Part shown: positions 53,522 to 64,000 of the stretch, piece after piece
How the letters are laid out: every line of letters begins with the position of its first letter
Numbering within the stretch: the stretch's first letter is position 1
Origin: a virus
Lineage: Duplodnaviria; Caudoviricetes
Virus record (IMG/VR): IMGVR_UViG_3300033074_000233
Span: 128,001-192,000 of that record
DNA: 64,000 bases
Reading direction: 5' to 3' (one strand)
The notes under the pieces: generated by a model
What the model saw: the letters and a program-made list of their open reading frames with translations, nothing else
Database searches by the model: none
What the model was told of the DNA's origin: nothing
Position numbers and translations under genes: made by a program

Positions 53522-53764
53522 ATGTTAGCACAAGCCGAGATCGAAACGCTGGAGCAGGCCCTGAACACCGAGCCAACTACGAACTTCCTCGTGTTGCTCC
53601 GTGAGGAGGCCAAGCAATATGGATGGACGAAACTCGAAAGAGAGACAGGCATAAGCCGTCAAGGCATGCACCAGGCCTTGAGTGAGAGGGGCAATCCTCA
53701 GTTTGCGACTGTCCACGCAATACTGAAGGCCCTGGGAGTAAAGATCACTGTTACTGTAAAGTAG
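53522..53764 (+). CDS. Addiction module antidote-like HTH protein (HI1420 type)
   Basis: G.TKL.RETGISRQGMHQALS.RGNP.FATV..ILKALG. Confidence 0.85.
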   Translation: MLAQAEIETLEQALNTEPTTNFLVLLREEAKQYGWTKLERETGISRQGMHQALSERGNPQFATVHAILKALGVKITVTVK

Positions 53765-53816
53765 TGTCGTTAGCGTCAAAGTAAGTAACCATCAAAGCAA
53801 CTAGAGGTAAGAGGTC

Positions 53817-55433
53817 ATGTCGCAAGCAACAACCACGTCCAGCCAGAAACTGGGCAACTACACCGATGCACAATACCACCGATTGGTCGAGGCCATGCAG
53901 ACCGCGTTCCTTGACAACATCGAAGGCCAGCCGCTTTTTACGGTCGATATTGAGGACCTGTGGGAAGTCTATCTGGAGTCGTTCGCTCTGGAGAACCGTC
54001 AGTACCACAACTGCTCGGCTTGCCGGCACTTCATCCAGCGTTTCGGTCATCTGGTAACCATTGACGCCGAGGGTCACCAGACGCCTGTAATGTGGGACGT
54101 GAGCGAAGATCATCCGTATGCCCAGGTGTTTGAGCGTCTGCGGTCGCACGTTCGCCGTGCTCGCGTTACTGGCATTCACCTGTCGTCGGAGAAAGTGTGG
54201 GGCACCCCTAAGACTGGTGTGTGGACTCACTTCGCCGTTGTACCGCCTTCGACCCGTCTGCACAAGGACGTGTTGCTGACTGCCGGCCAGACGATGGCTG
54301 AGAAGCGCGAAGACTACAAGAACGTCAAGCGCGCACTGTCGGAGTTCGGTCTTCCTCTTCTGGAGAAAGCACTCGGCCTGTTGAAGTCCGAGTCGATGTA
54401 TCGCTCCGAGAAGGTGATCGGTCCCGTACAGTGGTTGCATGACCTGCATGTAGCGCGTGAAGCAGCAGGCAAGAACAAGGCTGTGCGTCGCAACGTGACC
54501 TGGCTGGCAATCGCCAACGCACCGAAAGGCTTCCTGCATACTCGTGCAGGCATGGCTGGTACGCTGCTTGACGATCTGGCTTCTGGTATGGACTTCGCAC
54601 AGGTGTCCAAGCGTTTCGCTGACAAGATGCACCCGCTGTCGTACCAACGTCCGCAAGTAGCACCGTCAGCTGGCAACATCAAGGTTGCTGAGGAGATCGT
54701 TGCGAAATTGGGTCTGGCTCCGGCACTGCAACGCCGCTTCGCTCGTCTGGAAGAAGTCAAGACCACGTGGGTTCCGCCTACCGTTGTCAAGACTGCCAAG
54801 AACGATGGTGGTGTGTTCGGTCACCTGACTCCGAAAGGTCATGTTGAAGAAAAGGAACTGCGCGTTACCAAGTCTACCAGCATGACGTGGGACAAGTTCA
54901 CCCGCACCATTCTGCCTGACGTACTGGAAATGCAGGTGTACCTGGGTTCTGGCGCGCATCACTTCGGTGCTATCGTGACCGCAGTGAATCCGGAAGCACC
55001 ACCGCTGTTGCAGTGGGACTACGAAGATGCTCGCAACCCGTTCTCGTGGTACCTGTGGAATGGCGGTTCTACGGCACGTCAGTGGACCCTTGAGAGTGGC
55101 GCGTTCCACAAGATCAATGCCGTGTGCAACGATCCTGCTCACTGGAATGAGGAACGTGCTCCGAAGAACCAGCCGAAGGGCATCTTCCTGATCATCGACG
55201 GTGCGCGTGAAACCCGTAACGCAGGTATCGCGCTGTTCCCGGAGATCATGCGTTCTGAACTGCACGGCATCCGTTCGACCATCGAGTCCTTCTCCAGCAA
55301 GGGCAAGTTGGAAGGAATGGAAGAAGGTTCCGCTTGCGGCCTGATCCTGCAACAAGGTGGCTCGCTCAATGTTCGTCTGCGTGTGCGTACCAAAGCACTC
55401 GTTGCCGATTACACCATCGACCGTATCGACTGA
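53817..55433 (+). CDS. Large hypothetical protein (HNC..C motif)
   Basis: 538 aa, strongly biased codons, downstream of a CTGTAAAGTA motif. Confidence 0.8.
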   Translation: MSQATTTSSQKLGNYTDAQYHRLVEAMQTAFLDNIEGQPLFTVDIEDLWEVYLESFALENRQYHNCSACRHFIQRFGHLVTIDAEGHQTPVMWDVSEDHPYAQVFERLRSHVRRARVTGIHLSSEKVWGTPKTGVWTHFAVVPPSTRLHKDVLLTAGQTMAEKREDYKNVKRALSEFGLPLLEKALGLLKSESMYRSEKVIGPVQWLHDLHVAREAAGKNKAVRRNVTWLAIANAPKGFLHTRAGMAGTLLDDLASGMDFAQVSKRFADKMHPLSYQRPQVAPSAGNIKVAEEIVAKLGLAPALQRRFARLEEVKTTWVPPTVVKTAKNDGGVFGHLTPKGHVEEKELRVTKSTSMTWDKFTRTILPDVLEMQVYLGSGAHHFGAIVTAVNPEAPPLLQWDYEDARNPFSWYLWNGGSTARQWTLESGAFHKINAVCNDPAHWNEERAPKNQPKGIFLIIDGARETRNAGIALFPEIMRSELHGIRSTIESFSSKGKLEGMEEGSACGLILQQGGSLNVRLRVRTKALVADYTIDRID

Positions 55434-55440
55434 GGAAAAC

Positions 55441-55641
55441 ATGAATCACCTTAAACTAGGCCGGCGCTTTGCCATCATCGTGTTCTGGATTATGACCGTA
55501 GGTGTCTTGTACAACTTGGTTACAGGCTGTGCTAACTGCTGGGCTATTGGTTGGTTCGGTGCTGTGCTTTACGGGGCCGTACTAATTGTCGTGCTTTACG
55601 GTGCTGCGGTTGCAACACCCAAACTCTGGAGTCTCAAATGA
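55441..55641 (+). CDS. Small membrane protein
   Basis: Two hydrophobic helices. Confidence 0.6.
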   Translation: MNHLKLGRRFAIIVFWIMTVGVLYNLVTGCANCWAIGWFGAVLYGAVLIVVLYGAAVATPKLWSLK

Positions 55642-56345
55642 AAAAGTTCCTTATCGCTATTGCTGTTTCTTCGATGCTTCTTGCAGGCTGCGCCCGTGTT
55701 GCATCCAACGTCTACGTCCTTACCACGTCAGACTGCGGCGCAAACTGGGAAAAACTTGACGTTGGTAATGCTGTGCCGAAACACACAGGTCAGCCTTGCG
55801 GATACAACGTGGCGCTTCCCAACTGGCCTATGGCGGGTGAGACACAGTTCAAGACGCAGTTCGACAAAAAGGTCTTGAGCAAAGCCAAACTGTCCTACAG
55901 TTATGCCATCACCGATCCTGTAGCGTTTATCAACGAGGCTCGTTACCTCGGCAAGATGGGAGGTTCACTTGAACTCTCAGCCGACGAGGTAGGCAGTCGA
56001 TACGAAATGGCCGAGAATATCATCATCGACAAGATGCTTCGTGAGGTGACTACAAGTCTTACACGGACCCTCGATATTGTTGATGCAAACCCAGCCGAAG
56101 TAGAGGACGCTATCATGGCTAAAGCCGCTGAGGCTCTTGCTAAGAAAGGCATTACCTTGAATGACTTGGCTCTGGTCATTGAGAATGATGAACAGACGCG
56201 ACTGGCCATTGATGCAGCAACCGCAGTTCGGGTATATGAGGCCGCGGGCATCAAGGAAGTTGGTGAGCGTGTAATGATCGCAAGATCGGGTGCCAATAAC
56301 ATTGTCATAGAGACAAGCCGAGAGTCGGTTTCTGAATCCAAATGA
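55638..56345 (+). CDS. Lipoprotein, possibly SPFH/band-7-like
   Basis: Lipobox LAGC after a signal peptide. Confidence 0.7.
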   Translation: MKKFLIAIAVSSMLLAGCARVASNVYVLTTSDCGANWEKLDVGNAVPKHTGQPCGYNVALPNWPMAGETQFKTQFDKKVLSKAKLSYSYAITDPVAFINEARYLGKMGGSLELSADEVGSRYEMAENIIIDKMLREVTTSLTRTLDIVDANPAEVEDAIMAKAAEALAKKGITLNDLALVIENDEQTRLAIDAATAVRVYEAAGIKEVGERVMIARSGANNIVIETSRESVSESK

Positions 56346-56537
56346 CCGAAGTAAAGTGGGTAACGGTGAAGGTCAAGCCAAGGCTGGTACGACGCCGTTA
56401 CTCACGTTTCCTCAACCGTAGGCACTACACGCCTCCGTCAACGGATAAGTGTATCGACATAACTCCTCAGTCAATGAAGGACGAAATCATTGAGGAGCAT
56501 ATGAAACTCCTAATAGACGAAATAGAGAGGACTCGAA

Positions 56538-57539
56538 ATGACTAACACAACAGTACCACGCCGCACCTCGATCAGCAACGACGAAGAACATCAGGCCGCT
56601 TGCATGGAGTTGGCTGCTCGCCGCTGTATGGATTCTTCCTCCGAAGAGGTCACACACCTGGAGCAACTCATAGAGGCCTATGAGGCACCAGTTATTCCTG
56701 AGAACTGGACCGCTTGCAAGGAGATTCCAGAAGAAAACGGTTTGCAAACGTGGGACCGCCAGAAACTCATCGCGGAAAACGGCGCGTTCCTTGAGAGCAC
56801 GTTCCTATATGCGTCGTATCTGGACGAGTGCTTCGCCAAGAAAGAGCGCGAGGCCCGCAGCATCATTGCTCAGTACATCCAATTCTCGAACATTGAGGAG
56901 CCGGATTCTTTCGGCGTAATAAAGTCCTTCTTCGAGAAGCACTACGACCGTGCGGCCCGTTACCACAACTGGCACCACACCTGCTGCATGATCGTCAACG
57001 TGTCGGACGCCTATGCCTACACCAAAGAACGTGATCGTCAGGAGTGGGACTTGAAAGAGTACCGTTCGCTGATTCTGGCTGCGGCTATGCACGACATTGG
57101 TCACACGGGTGGCCACGAGAGTGACACTATCAACGTGGCCCGCGCTATTGCACTGGCCTCGGACTTCATTCGCTATGCTCGCCTCGATACGCAAGTAGAT
57201 AAGGCGCTTGTCATAAGTTTGATACGGGTGACTGAGTTCCCGTTCGTGTTCGAGCCCAAGACCGAACTGGAGAAAATCATTCGGGACGCGGACTTGTTGC
57301 AGAGCCTTGAGCCTACTTGGTTCTACATGATCTACCACTGCCTGCTTGCGGAGATTCGTGTCAAGCGGACCTCGTTGAAGTTCACCGAGTTCTGCAAAAT
57401 GCAACACGACTTCATGCACAACGCCCAGTTCTACTCGGTGTGGTGGAATGAGAAGAAGTTTGGTGAGTTCGGTGGCATTGCACTGGAACGTGCGGTGATG
57501 ATGAAAGAGCGAGCCGAGAAAATCGTAAATCCTTTCTGA
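56538..57539 (+). CDS. HD-domain phosphohydrolase with HigA-like N-terminal segment
   Basis: YHNWHHT, HDIGHTG, T.FP, IIRDADL. Confidence 0.85.
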   Translation: MTNTTVPRRTSISNDEEHQAACMELAARRCMDSSSEEVTHLEQLIEAYEAPVIPENWTACKEIPEENGLQTWDRQKLIAENGAFLESTFLYASYLDECFAKKEREARSIIAQYIQFSNIEEPDSFGVIKSFFEKHYDRAARYHNWHHTCCMIVNVSDAYAYTKERDRQEWDLKEYRSLILAAAMHDIGHTGGHESDTINVARAIALASDFIRYARLDTQVDKALVISLIRVTEFPFVFEPKTELEKIIRDADLLQSLEPTWFYMIYHCLLAEIRVKRTSLKFTEFCKMQHDFMHNAQFYSVWWNEKKFGEFGGIALERAVMMKERAEKIVNPF

Positions 57540-57549
57540 GGAATAGACA

Positions 57550-59175
57550 ATGACTGAGATAATTAAGTTGTACGTACCATCAGGGCCTGTAGAAATTAAG
57601 ACTCCGATTCGCGTAAACTTCACGCGCATAGAAGACGCAAACGGAAAAACTCTTTGTGGTCATTCCACTGAAAGCCGTTTAGGTATCATGGAAGAAATAT
57701 GTCGCCGTGTTAATGCCTACAAAGAACTTCCGTCGGTTGAAGACCTCAGGAAACTTGCAGGCCATTATCACGATGGTCCGTATCGTTCTGGCGCAGTTGT
57801 ATCGGCTCTTGAACTGGCTATTAAAGAAATCCTTGAGGCAGACGCGGCCTTCAAGCGCGAAGTTGATGGAGTATGGAACAATGAAAATTGACACATTAGA
57901 AGATGGCACAATCGTTCTCCGCGAAGTGTACAACTCGATTGTTCTGGAGACCGAAGAGGGCAATCGCCTTGCAGTGTGTATGCGCGACGCTGGGTTCGAG
58001 ATTGGTGTCGGCGACAGTATCACCAAGGATCACTACACTTGGTATGCTGCTGGCAACGGATGCGTGGACCCGCTTGGGTCCTCTACGTCAGGTCATGTAG
58101 AGCGTAAGTCCTCTAAGGAGTTTGCGGCCTCAATCGCAGGCATGGTAATTCCTGAGCCACTGGCCAGTCTTCCGTACGAGAGCAGCCCAGCGATAAGCAA
58201 GATGCTGCAAAGCAAGACGGAGGGCTTTTTCGACAAGGACAAGTATCCCGTGCCCGAGGACTTCGTTTGTCCTGAGGTGCCTGCACTTGGTTCACGCTGG
58301 GAGATTGATGCGGTTTACGATCCGAGCAAAGGCCCGCGTAACGCCTACACCGTTCTGTTTGTCACCAACCTTGACCACTTGAGCAGCAAGTATCCGCCTC
58401 AAGTTGTTTATCGTGGTGACAATGGTCGTGTCTGGAGTCGCTCTCTTGGCCAGTGGCCAGGTCGTCTACGCAGACTGCCTGAGTCAGAATCTGAGGTAGA
58501 GCGTCCGTTCTCTGAGGCGGATCAGCAAGAGTTGAATGCTGTTGCAGACGCGGCTATTTCCTACGGCCGGGAAAATCCGATTCGTGTAGCAGACGGCTGC
58601 GATCCTGAGTTCATGGAGTCACTCGCTCGTGGCGATCATCTGCGCGGTATTGGCTTGTCCGAGGAAGGCATTGCCAGGGCGCTGGAGATTTCCCGCAAGT
58701 TTCCATTCAAGGGATCAGCGCCGGAAGACCGTCTGGACCTGGGCATGTGTACAGAACTTGTTGAGGTAATTCAGTATCCGCATGACGGTCTTACCGAGTG
58801 TGGTGATAGAGCGGTTGCTATAGTCGATGGAAAGCCTCTGTGTGAGTTCCATGCAAGGAAAAAGACATGAAGCCACAGTTGAACACCTATTACCAGCTGC
58901 AGGTCTTTAGAAACGGTATTCTCTGGAAGGGACGGGCTTCAATAGGGGACTTAGCCTGGGAAGGTATCCTTACCTACCCCAGTACGGCTATTAAGTTCAA
59001 TGTGTTGAATACAAGTAAGGAAAAGGAGGAGTACAAGGTAGATTGGATTTACGACGTGCCTCGTAACCGATCGTTTCGTGAATCACTTACGGTAAGTATC
59101 GACACAGGAGAAACCGCTTGCTTCACGTTTGACCTAGAAGGTCTTAACTGCAATATTCTGGAGAAGGAAGGATGA
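57550..59175 (+). other. Hypothetical genes (57550-57891, 57881-58870, 58867-59175)
   Basis: Overlapping co-oriented ORFs. Confidence 0.6.
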
Positions 59176-59351
59176 TAGGGAGAGCCTTCGTTCACGGAGT
59201 GTGGTATAGAGTGACCACCTCCGTAAGAGGGAAATTCAAAATAGACAAGAAAACGAAAACGACTCCTGGGAGTATTTCGACACGGTAAAGAGTGAAGGCA
59301 AAACTCCACAGGAAGTAATGCAGGACTACTTTAAGCAGAAGGAGAAAACCA

Positions 59352-59817
59352 ATGAAGCGTAGATCATTCTTGGCAGGGTTGCTCGCTCTGCCCTTCGCAC
59401 CTCTTGCTTTCGGCAAAGAGGAAGTTCAACTCAGCAGACAGCACCAGAAGGCTATCCTGTTCGGGGGGGCGTTATGGAACGGTGAACCTGCCTGTGGGTG
59501 CAGGCAAAACGAAGTATGCTTTCGTTATTGGCGAGACAGCCCAAGAAGCGCGCCAGTACATTGAACGGGCTAAAGCCCATCCCGAGGCGACCCCTATCCG
59601 ATACTTCACTGTGTCCCTGAGTAGTCGTATGGCTTATACCCAGTTAATGGGCCACAAAAACTGTCACATCATTGTCGCAGGTAAAGTGGGCAGGACCTAC
59701 GAAACTCATGTAAACCTGCAGAAGGTGAAAGAGGAAGCGCGACATAGGAATACCAACTGGTACTATCCGCCTGAGAACTCTGTCATGCTCAAACTACATG
59801 AAGGGACAACAGTATGA
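59352..59817 (+). pseudogene. Gene split at a G7 tract (Tat-like leader plus P-loop-like motif)
   Basis: Removing one G at 59463-59469 fuses ORFs 59352 and 59404 into ...QKAILFGGRYGTVNLPVGAGKT... Confidence 0.5.
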
Positions 59818-60006
59818 AAGCCACGAAGCACACAGTAACGATAACCGTAGAGGTGTTGAGCCTTGACACGGTTCCGGGTCTCTTGCAGGAATGCTCGGAA
59901 CAGATGCGTAAGGAATACGTCAACGGCGAGTTGAGTGCCGACGACGGCGACAAGATAAAGTGGGAAGTCAAATCAGTTCCAGTCGAATTTTAACAGGAGA
60001 AACACC

Positions 60007-60396
60007 ATGGATTACTTCGTACCCGCAGTAGTTTCAACTATCCTTCTAGTAGTAGCCCTAGGCTTTCTGGTAAAGGTCTGGATGGAAAAAAGGTCCAACG
60101 AAAACTACTACAAGGAATGCCTCAGGGAGAAAGACGAATATAGAAGGGATATTGTAAAGAAGCATGATACGCAAATGATGGAACTGAGGGATGAATACAG
60201 AGAGAAAGTTGCAATCGTTCGTGTCGGAGACAAGGAACACTTGCCCTTGCCAACAGATGCTGACCTTGCCTTCGTTGAGAAGGAGTTGACACGCAAAGGC
60301 TTCGATCCTGAAAAGGTACTTGTGGTTCCTTGGCACCTCACGTTTGACACTATCCACAGTCTGGCTAGCGCGAGGAAGAACAAAGATGCAACGTAG
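60007..60396 (+). CDS. Membrane-anchored hypothetical protein
   Basis: N-terminal TM; AGGAG RBS. Confidence 0.65.
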   Translation: MDYFVPAVVSTILLVVALGFLVKVWMEKRSNENYYKECLREKDEYRRDIVKKHDTQMMELRDEYREKVAIVRVGDKEHLPLPTDADLAFVEKELTRKGFDPEKVLVVPWHLTFDTIHSLASARKNKDAT

Positions 60397-60646
60397 ATCA
60401 TTCATTGCTGGCCTGCTTACGCTTCCGTTTGCAGGCTCGGCAGTCAAAGCAACCGCAGCACCCCTCGCTTACGCTGGCTGTTACAACAAACTCCAGATGT
60501 TTGGTGTATCGGTAGTCAAGACACCAACCGATCCAGCCTGTGTTATCGAGAAGTCCACAGAGGAATATCTACGCGAACTTCAGGAGAAAGGGATTCCTGT
60601 TCCAAACAGTATGTACCTCAATGCTTGTGGCTTTCCGGGACTTTGA
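60386..60646 (+). CDS. Small protein with twin-arginine-like leader
   Basis: MQRRSFIAGLLTLPFA. Confidence 0.55.
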   Translation: MQRRSFIAGLLTLPFAGSAVKATAAPLAYAGCYNKLQMFGVSVVKTPTDPACVIEKSTEEYLRELQEKGIPVPNSMYLNACGFPGL

Positions 60647-60848
60647 CTATGGGCCTCGTCATTCTGGAACTCGAACTGGATTACGTGCCTGTAAGTCGTG
60701 AGGTCTTTAAGTCCAAAATTCCTAAGAACGGCGAGGACTATTACGTTCTTGAGGGTCAGAATCAAAGATACTACACTGACAGTCGCGGAATAACTGACGG
60801 TGTGTTCGACTACGTAACCAACAAATACTGGCTGAGAAAACCCTTAGC

Positions 60849-61127
60849 ATGACTTCCACACACATAGTAGATTACCACGTTGTTACCAACGTAACTATAG
60901 ATGCCTTGATTGCTGACGTGAAGGTGGCTATAGGTCGAGGCTGGCAACCCATTGGAGGCATGACTTCCTCTTCCCACCCAACCGGAGGCTACCTTGAACT
61001 AAGTCCTGTTGGCTATGGTGTAAAGGGAATTCTTCTGTTCTCACAGGCTCTTGTAAAGTATGCGCCTAAGTTGGATACTGAACGTATGAGTACCGGCACT
61101 TATGATTCTTCCAAAGCAGTTCCGTAA
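60849..61127 (+). CDS. DUF1737-like protein
   Basis: Y.VV...L...V..AI..GWQPIGG...QALVKY. Confidence 0.6.
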   Translation: MTSTHIVDYHVVTNVTIDALIADVKVAIGRGWQPIGGMTSSSHPTGGYLELSPVGYGVKGILLFSQALVKYAPKLDTERMSTGTYDSSKAVP

Positions 61128-61671
61128 CAATGACGTTATACCAGACGAAGCCATGAAGGGTAAGGGTACTTGTCACTACAAAGGCAAGTTCTTACCCTTT
61201 AGGCAGGTCTACGATCACATTGCCAAGAAACACGAGGTCGTGGACTACGGAATTGCATACAGTCGCTATTTCGGGGTCTATATGTGGGACCTGCTAAAGG
61301 CCTGCACCGTCCCAGTGAAATATGCGACCGTAGGCTTCGTTTGTAGCAAGTGTATACCCGACCCAAAAGTAGCGTTCCGCATCACCATGGACATGATTGA
61401 TAAGGCCGGATTCACTGGCTACAACATGATGGTCCTGGAAGACGATCCACTTATAGAGGAGCATTTCTTCGATAAGCAGTCTACCAGCGTGGTTTGCTAC
61501 GACTTCATCCACGTTATGACAGATCGCAAGCCCAAGAAAGCGATGGCAGATCATCTTGTAAAGTATGCGTCACACATAATCGTCTTCTGGGACAACGAGG
61601 ACAAGAGGTGTGAGTACATAGTTCGCAAGGCCAAAGAAGCAAACAAAAAGGTAAAGGAGTTCTTCATATGA
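61102..61671 (+). CDS. Protein with SLOG/YspA-like C-terminus
   Basis: LVKYASHIIVFWD.......YIV.KAKE.NK.V. Confidence 0.5.
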   Translation: MILPKQFRNNDVIPDEAMKGKGTCHYKGKFLPFRQVYDHIAKKHEVVDYGIAYSRYFGVYMWDLLKACTVPVKYATVGFVCSKCIPDPKVAFRITMDMIDKAGFTGYNMMVLEDDPLIEEHFFDKQSTSVVCYDFIHVMTDRKPKKAMADHLVKYASHIIVFWDNEDKRCEYIVRKAKEANKKVKEFFI

Positions 61672-63310
61672 GCAACGACAATCCGCTAGCCAAGATAGAC
61701 ACCAATGCGTTGCGTGACCGTGTGGCCGCGCAAGTAACCAACTCCTTCGGTATGTTGATTCCCGAGGAACAGTTTTCCGCAATGGTCGATGCACAGATCA
61801 AGGCCTTCTTCGAGACCCCAACAACCCTAACCTTTGAGCGAGGCGGCGGCTACAACAGCGACACATATACACTCAAGGGTGCCCAAGTTACGATGTTCCA
61901 GATGATGGTCTGGAATCTTGTGCGTCCTATGGTACAAGCAAAACTTCAGGAGTACATGAACCAGGGCGAAGGCAAGAAAGCCCTTGACGGATTCCTGAAA
62001 GACCTATTCGAGGCAAAAGAGTTCAACGACCAACAAGTCATGGGTGTACAGCGCCTTATGGTAGCCATGACTGCTGGTTTGTTCCAGCAGATTGGACAGA
62101 CAGCGGTCATGAACTTCCAGTCCTCGTTGGCTAACGCGGCAATGAACTCACAGATGCCGCAGTTGGCAAATGAAATCTGGAGAATACCATCATGATCGAG
62201 CCCTGCGTAGAAACCATTGTATGGAATAGCGTAGGAGAGTTGAAGCCACCACAAAGGAAACCAGTAGTTGTATGTGTTGACAACGACTACGGACGTTCCA
62301 TTTTTAAGGCTGAATGTCGCACAGACATAAATGGATTCGACTGGTGGACTGCAACCAACGGCATTGGAAGTTGCTTAGTAAAAGACGACCACGCTTGGGC
62401 TATTGTGACTGGACCAAGATCACAGGAGAAAACTACATGAATACCAAAAAGGAATACCTAGAAGTAAAGGCAACATTTTCCACGTCATTCATGTCCGTGT
62501 TCGGTATGGCTGTTGAGAAGGCCTTACTGAAACTTCCTGAAGAATGGGGTTCCTCAGGTGACTCGGAAACCGATTTTATCTGGAAGATGCTTATTCAGGC
62601 CATGAAGAAGAACGGCCAGTGCAGTATGTACTCCCAAGAGGAGGGATCAGAACTGGTCAAGGTTACCTACGATGTGAACTACACGGAAGAAGGTGAACAG
62701 GCACCAGAGTTTACCGCACACTGGCGTAGAGAGAAAACCATCAAGGACAAAGAACGCGAGGAACTTGAGCGCAAGCAAGACATTCGACAGATGGGTAAGT
62801 TAGCGGAAAAGCACAGGCTTAGCATCCACATGTTCGACACGCCGGAGACTTACGGTCGCTTCGGTACTGTGCAGCACACGGCTGTCTCAGGTCCGCCAAG
62901 CCAGACCGGCACCTACCTGTTGTGGATTGATCCCAACGAAACGGGAACAGAAAATGCTGGGTCGTTTTACTACGACGCCGAAAAGAACGCGTGGTACGAT
63001 CACGCTCCCAACAGTACCGACTCAGACACCGTCATGATACCAATTACGTGTCCTGCCTTCACCGCGTACATGGGTCCGATTCCACCTAAGGTAGGGTAAG
63101 CACATGGCTACGGACTTTCAGCGTGGCGCTCGGGCCATGTTTGATTGCTTGATGGAGCGTGCCGCCAACAACTTCCACGCTAATCCTGTAATTAAGGAAG
63201 CGTGTGAAAAGGAAAACGCAATCATAGAAAAATGGGCTGCTGATGCACTCGAAACGGTTGACCCAGTAGGCGTGATCTTCAACAACGAACCCATTATTCC
63301 AGTGGTCTAA
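61668..63310 (+). other. Hypothetical genes (61668-62195, 62192-62440, 62437-63099, 63104-63310)
   Basis: ATGA-coupled ORFs. Confidence 0.65.
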
Positions 63311-63420
63311 TAATGACTCCTGAAGAACACATTGAGAAATACGGACATGAAGCCCATTGCAGCATCATGTTCCCAGCAGCCCCTTGTTTTTGTGACTGTA
63401 AAACCGGAGTGGAGAGAAGA

Positions 63421-64000
63421 ATGGATAACCATACGTACCAATACCACCAACTGCTAGAGCATATCCTTGCCAAGGGAACCTGGAAGGGTAACCGGACAGG
63501 CGTCAGGACGCTTTTCGTTCCGGGCTATCACTTGCGTTTTGATTTGTCTAAAGGCTTTCCTATGGTTAATACCAAGAAGGTTCCTTTCAAATCCGTGGTC
63601 GGCGAGTTGCTCTGCTTCTTGAAAGGATCAGACAACGCGAAAGACTTTCGTGACCACAAGTGCAACGTGTGGAATGCCAATGCAAATGATCCCGGTAGGC
63701 CGGACGCGCCGAATGCCTGGATTAAAAGTCCGTACCGCCGAGGTGAAGACGATCTCGGCCGTATCTATGGCATTCAGTGGCGTCATTGGGCAGGTCACGA
63801 AAAGGATTACGACCAAGTCCAGAAACTGCTGGATACTCTGGAAAAGAATCCACTTGATCGACGCATGATTGTCAACGCGTGGAACGTAGAGGACATTTAC
63901 GAAGGCAAGATGGCATTGCCGCCTTGTCATGTCATGCACCAAGTTCTGTACGAACCTGAGACCAACAAACTGCACATGACCATGTACCAGCGGTCGTGCG
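63421..64000 (+). CDS. thyA: Thymidylate synthase (3' truncated by the window edge)
   Basis: My translation gives NRTG..T, RFDLSKGFP..TKK, ELL.FL.G, DLG.IYG.QWR, RRMIVNAWN, MALPPCH, YQRS; absent from the ORF track because it runs off the end. Confidence 0.96.
   Translation, partial: MDNHTYQYHQLLEHILAKGTWKGNRTGVRTLFVPGYHLRFDLSKGFPMVNTKKVPFKSVVGELLCFLKGSDNAKDFRDHKCNVWNANANDPGRPDAPNAWIKSPYRRGEDDLGRIYGIQWRHWAGHEKDYDQVQKLLDTLEKNPLDRRMIVNAWNVEDIYEGKMALPPCHVMHQVLYEPETNKLHMTMYQRSC

Noticed and set aside
1-64000. CRISPR array, integrase or transposase
   Set aside because: No regularly spaced direct repeats or such enzymes were seen by eye.

Overview
This window is a 64 kb piece of a large lytic dsDNA (tailed) phage genome, probably infecting a proteobacterium (csrA, TraR-like and HU-like genes, ~50% GC). 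All credible protein genes are on the + strand and read in the standard code. It starts in the 3' end of a class II ribonucleotide reductase and ends inside thyA. Recognisable genes: NAD-dependent DNA ligase, tmk, a 5'(3')-deoxyribonucleotidase, RtcB plus a second RNA ligase, HU, lytic transglycosylase, an ACP fusion, ATP-grasp, NADAR, CsrA, DHH phosphoesterase, MazG-like NTP-PPase, endonuclease V, two KTSC proteins, an orphan antitoxin and an HD hydrolase, among more than 100 small hypotheticals. A tRNA region spans about 9.7-16.1 kb. The most unusual items are non-coding: (1) a tRNA-Arg-like gene split at its anticodon arm by a cassette carrying an HNH endonuclease and a nested D-armless tRNA-Arg(UCU); (2) a 118-nt five-helix tRNA-like RNA ending in CCA; (3) two orphan structured RNA candidates (10102-10395 and 32986-33200); (4) three sigma70-type promoter modules, each bracketed by the same 13-17 bp inverted repeat; (5) a recurrent CTGTAAAGTA promoter-like motif. 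Protein calls rest on motifs recognised by eye; no searches were run.
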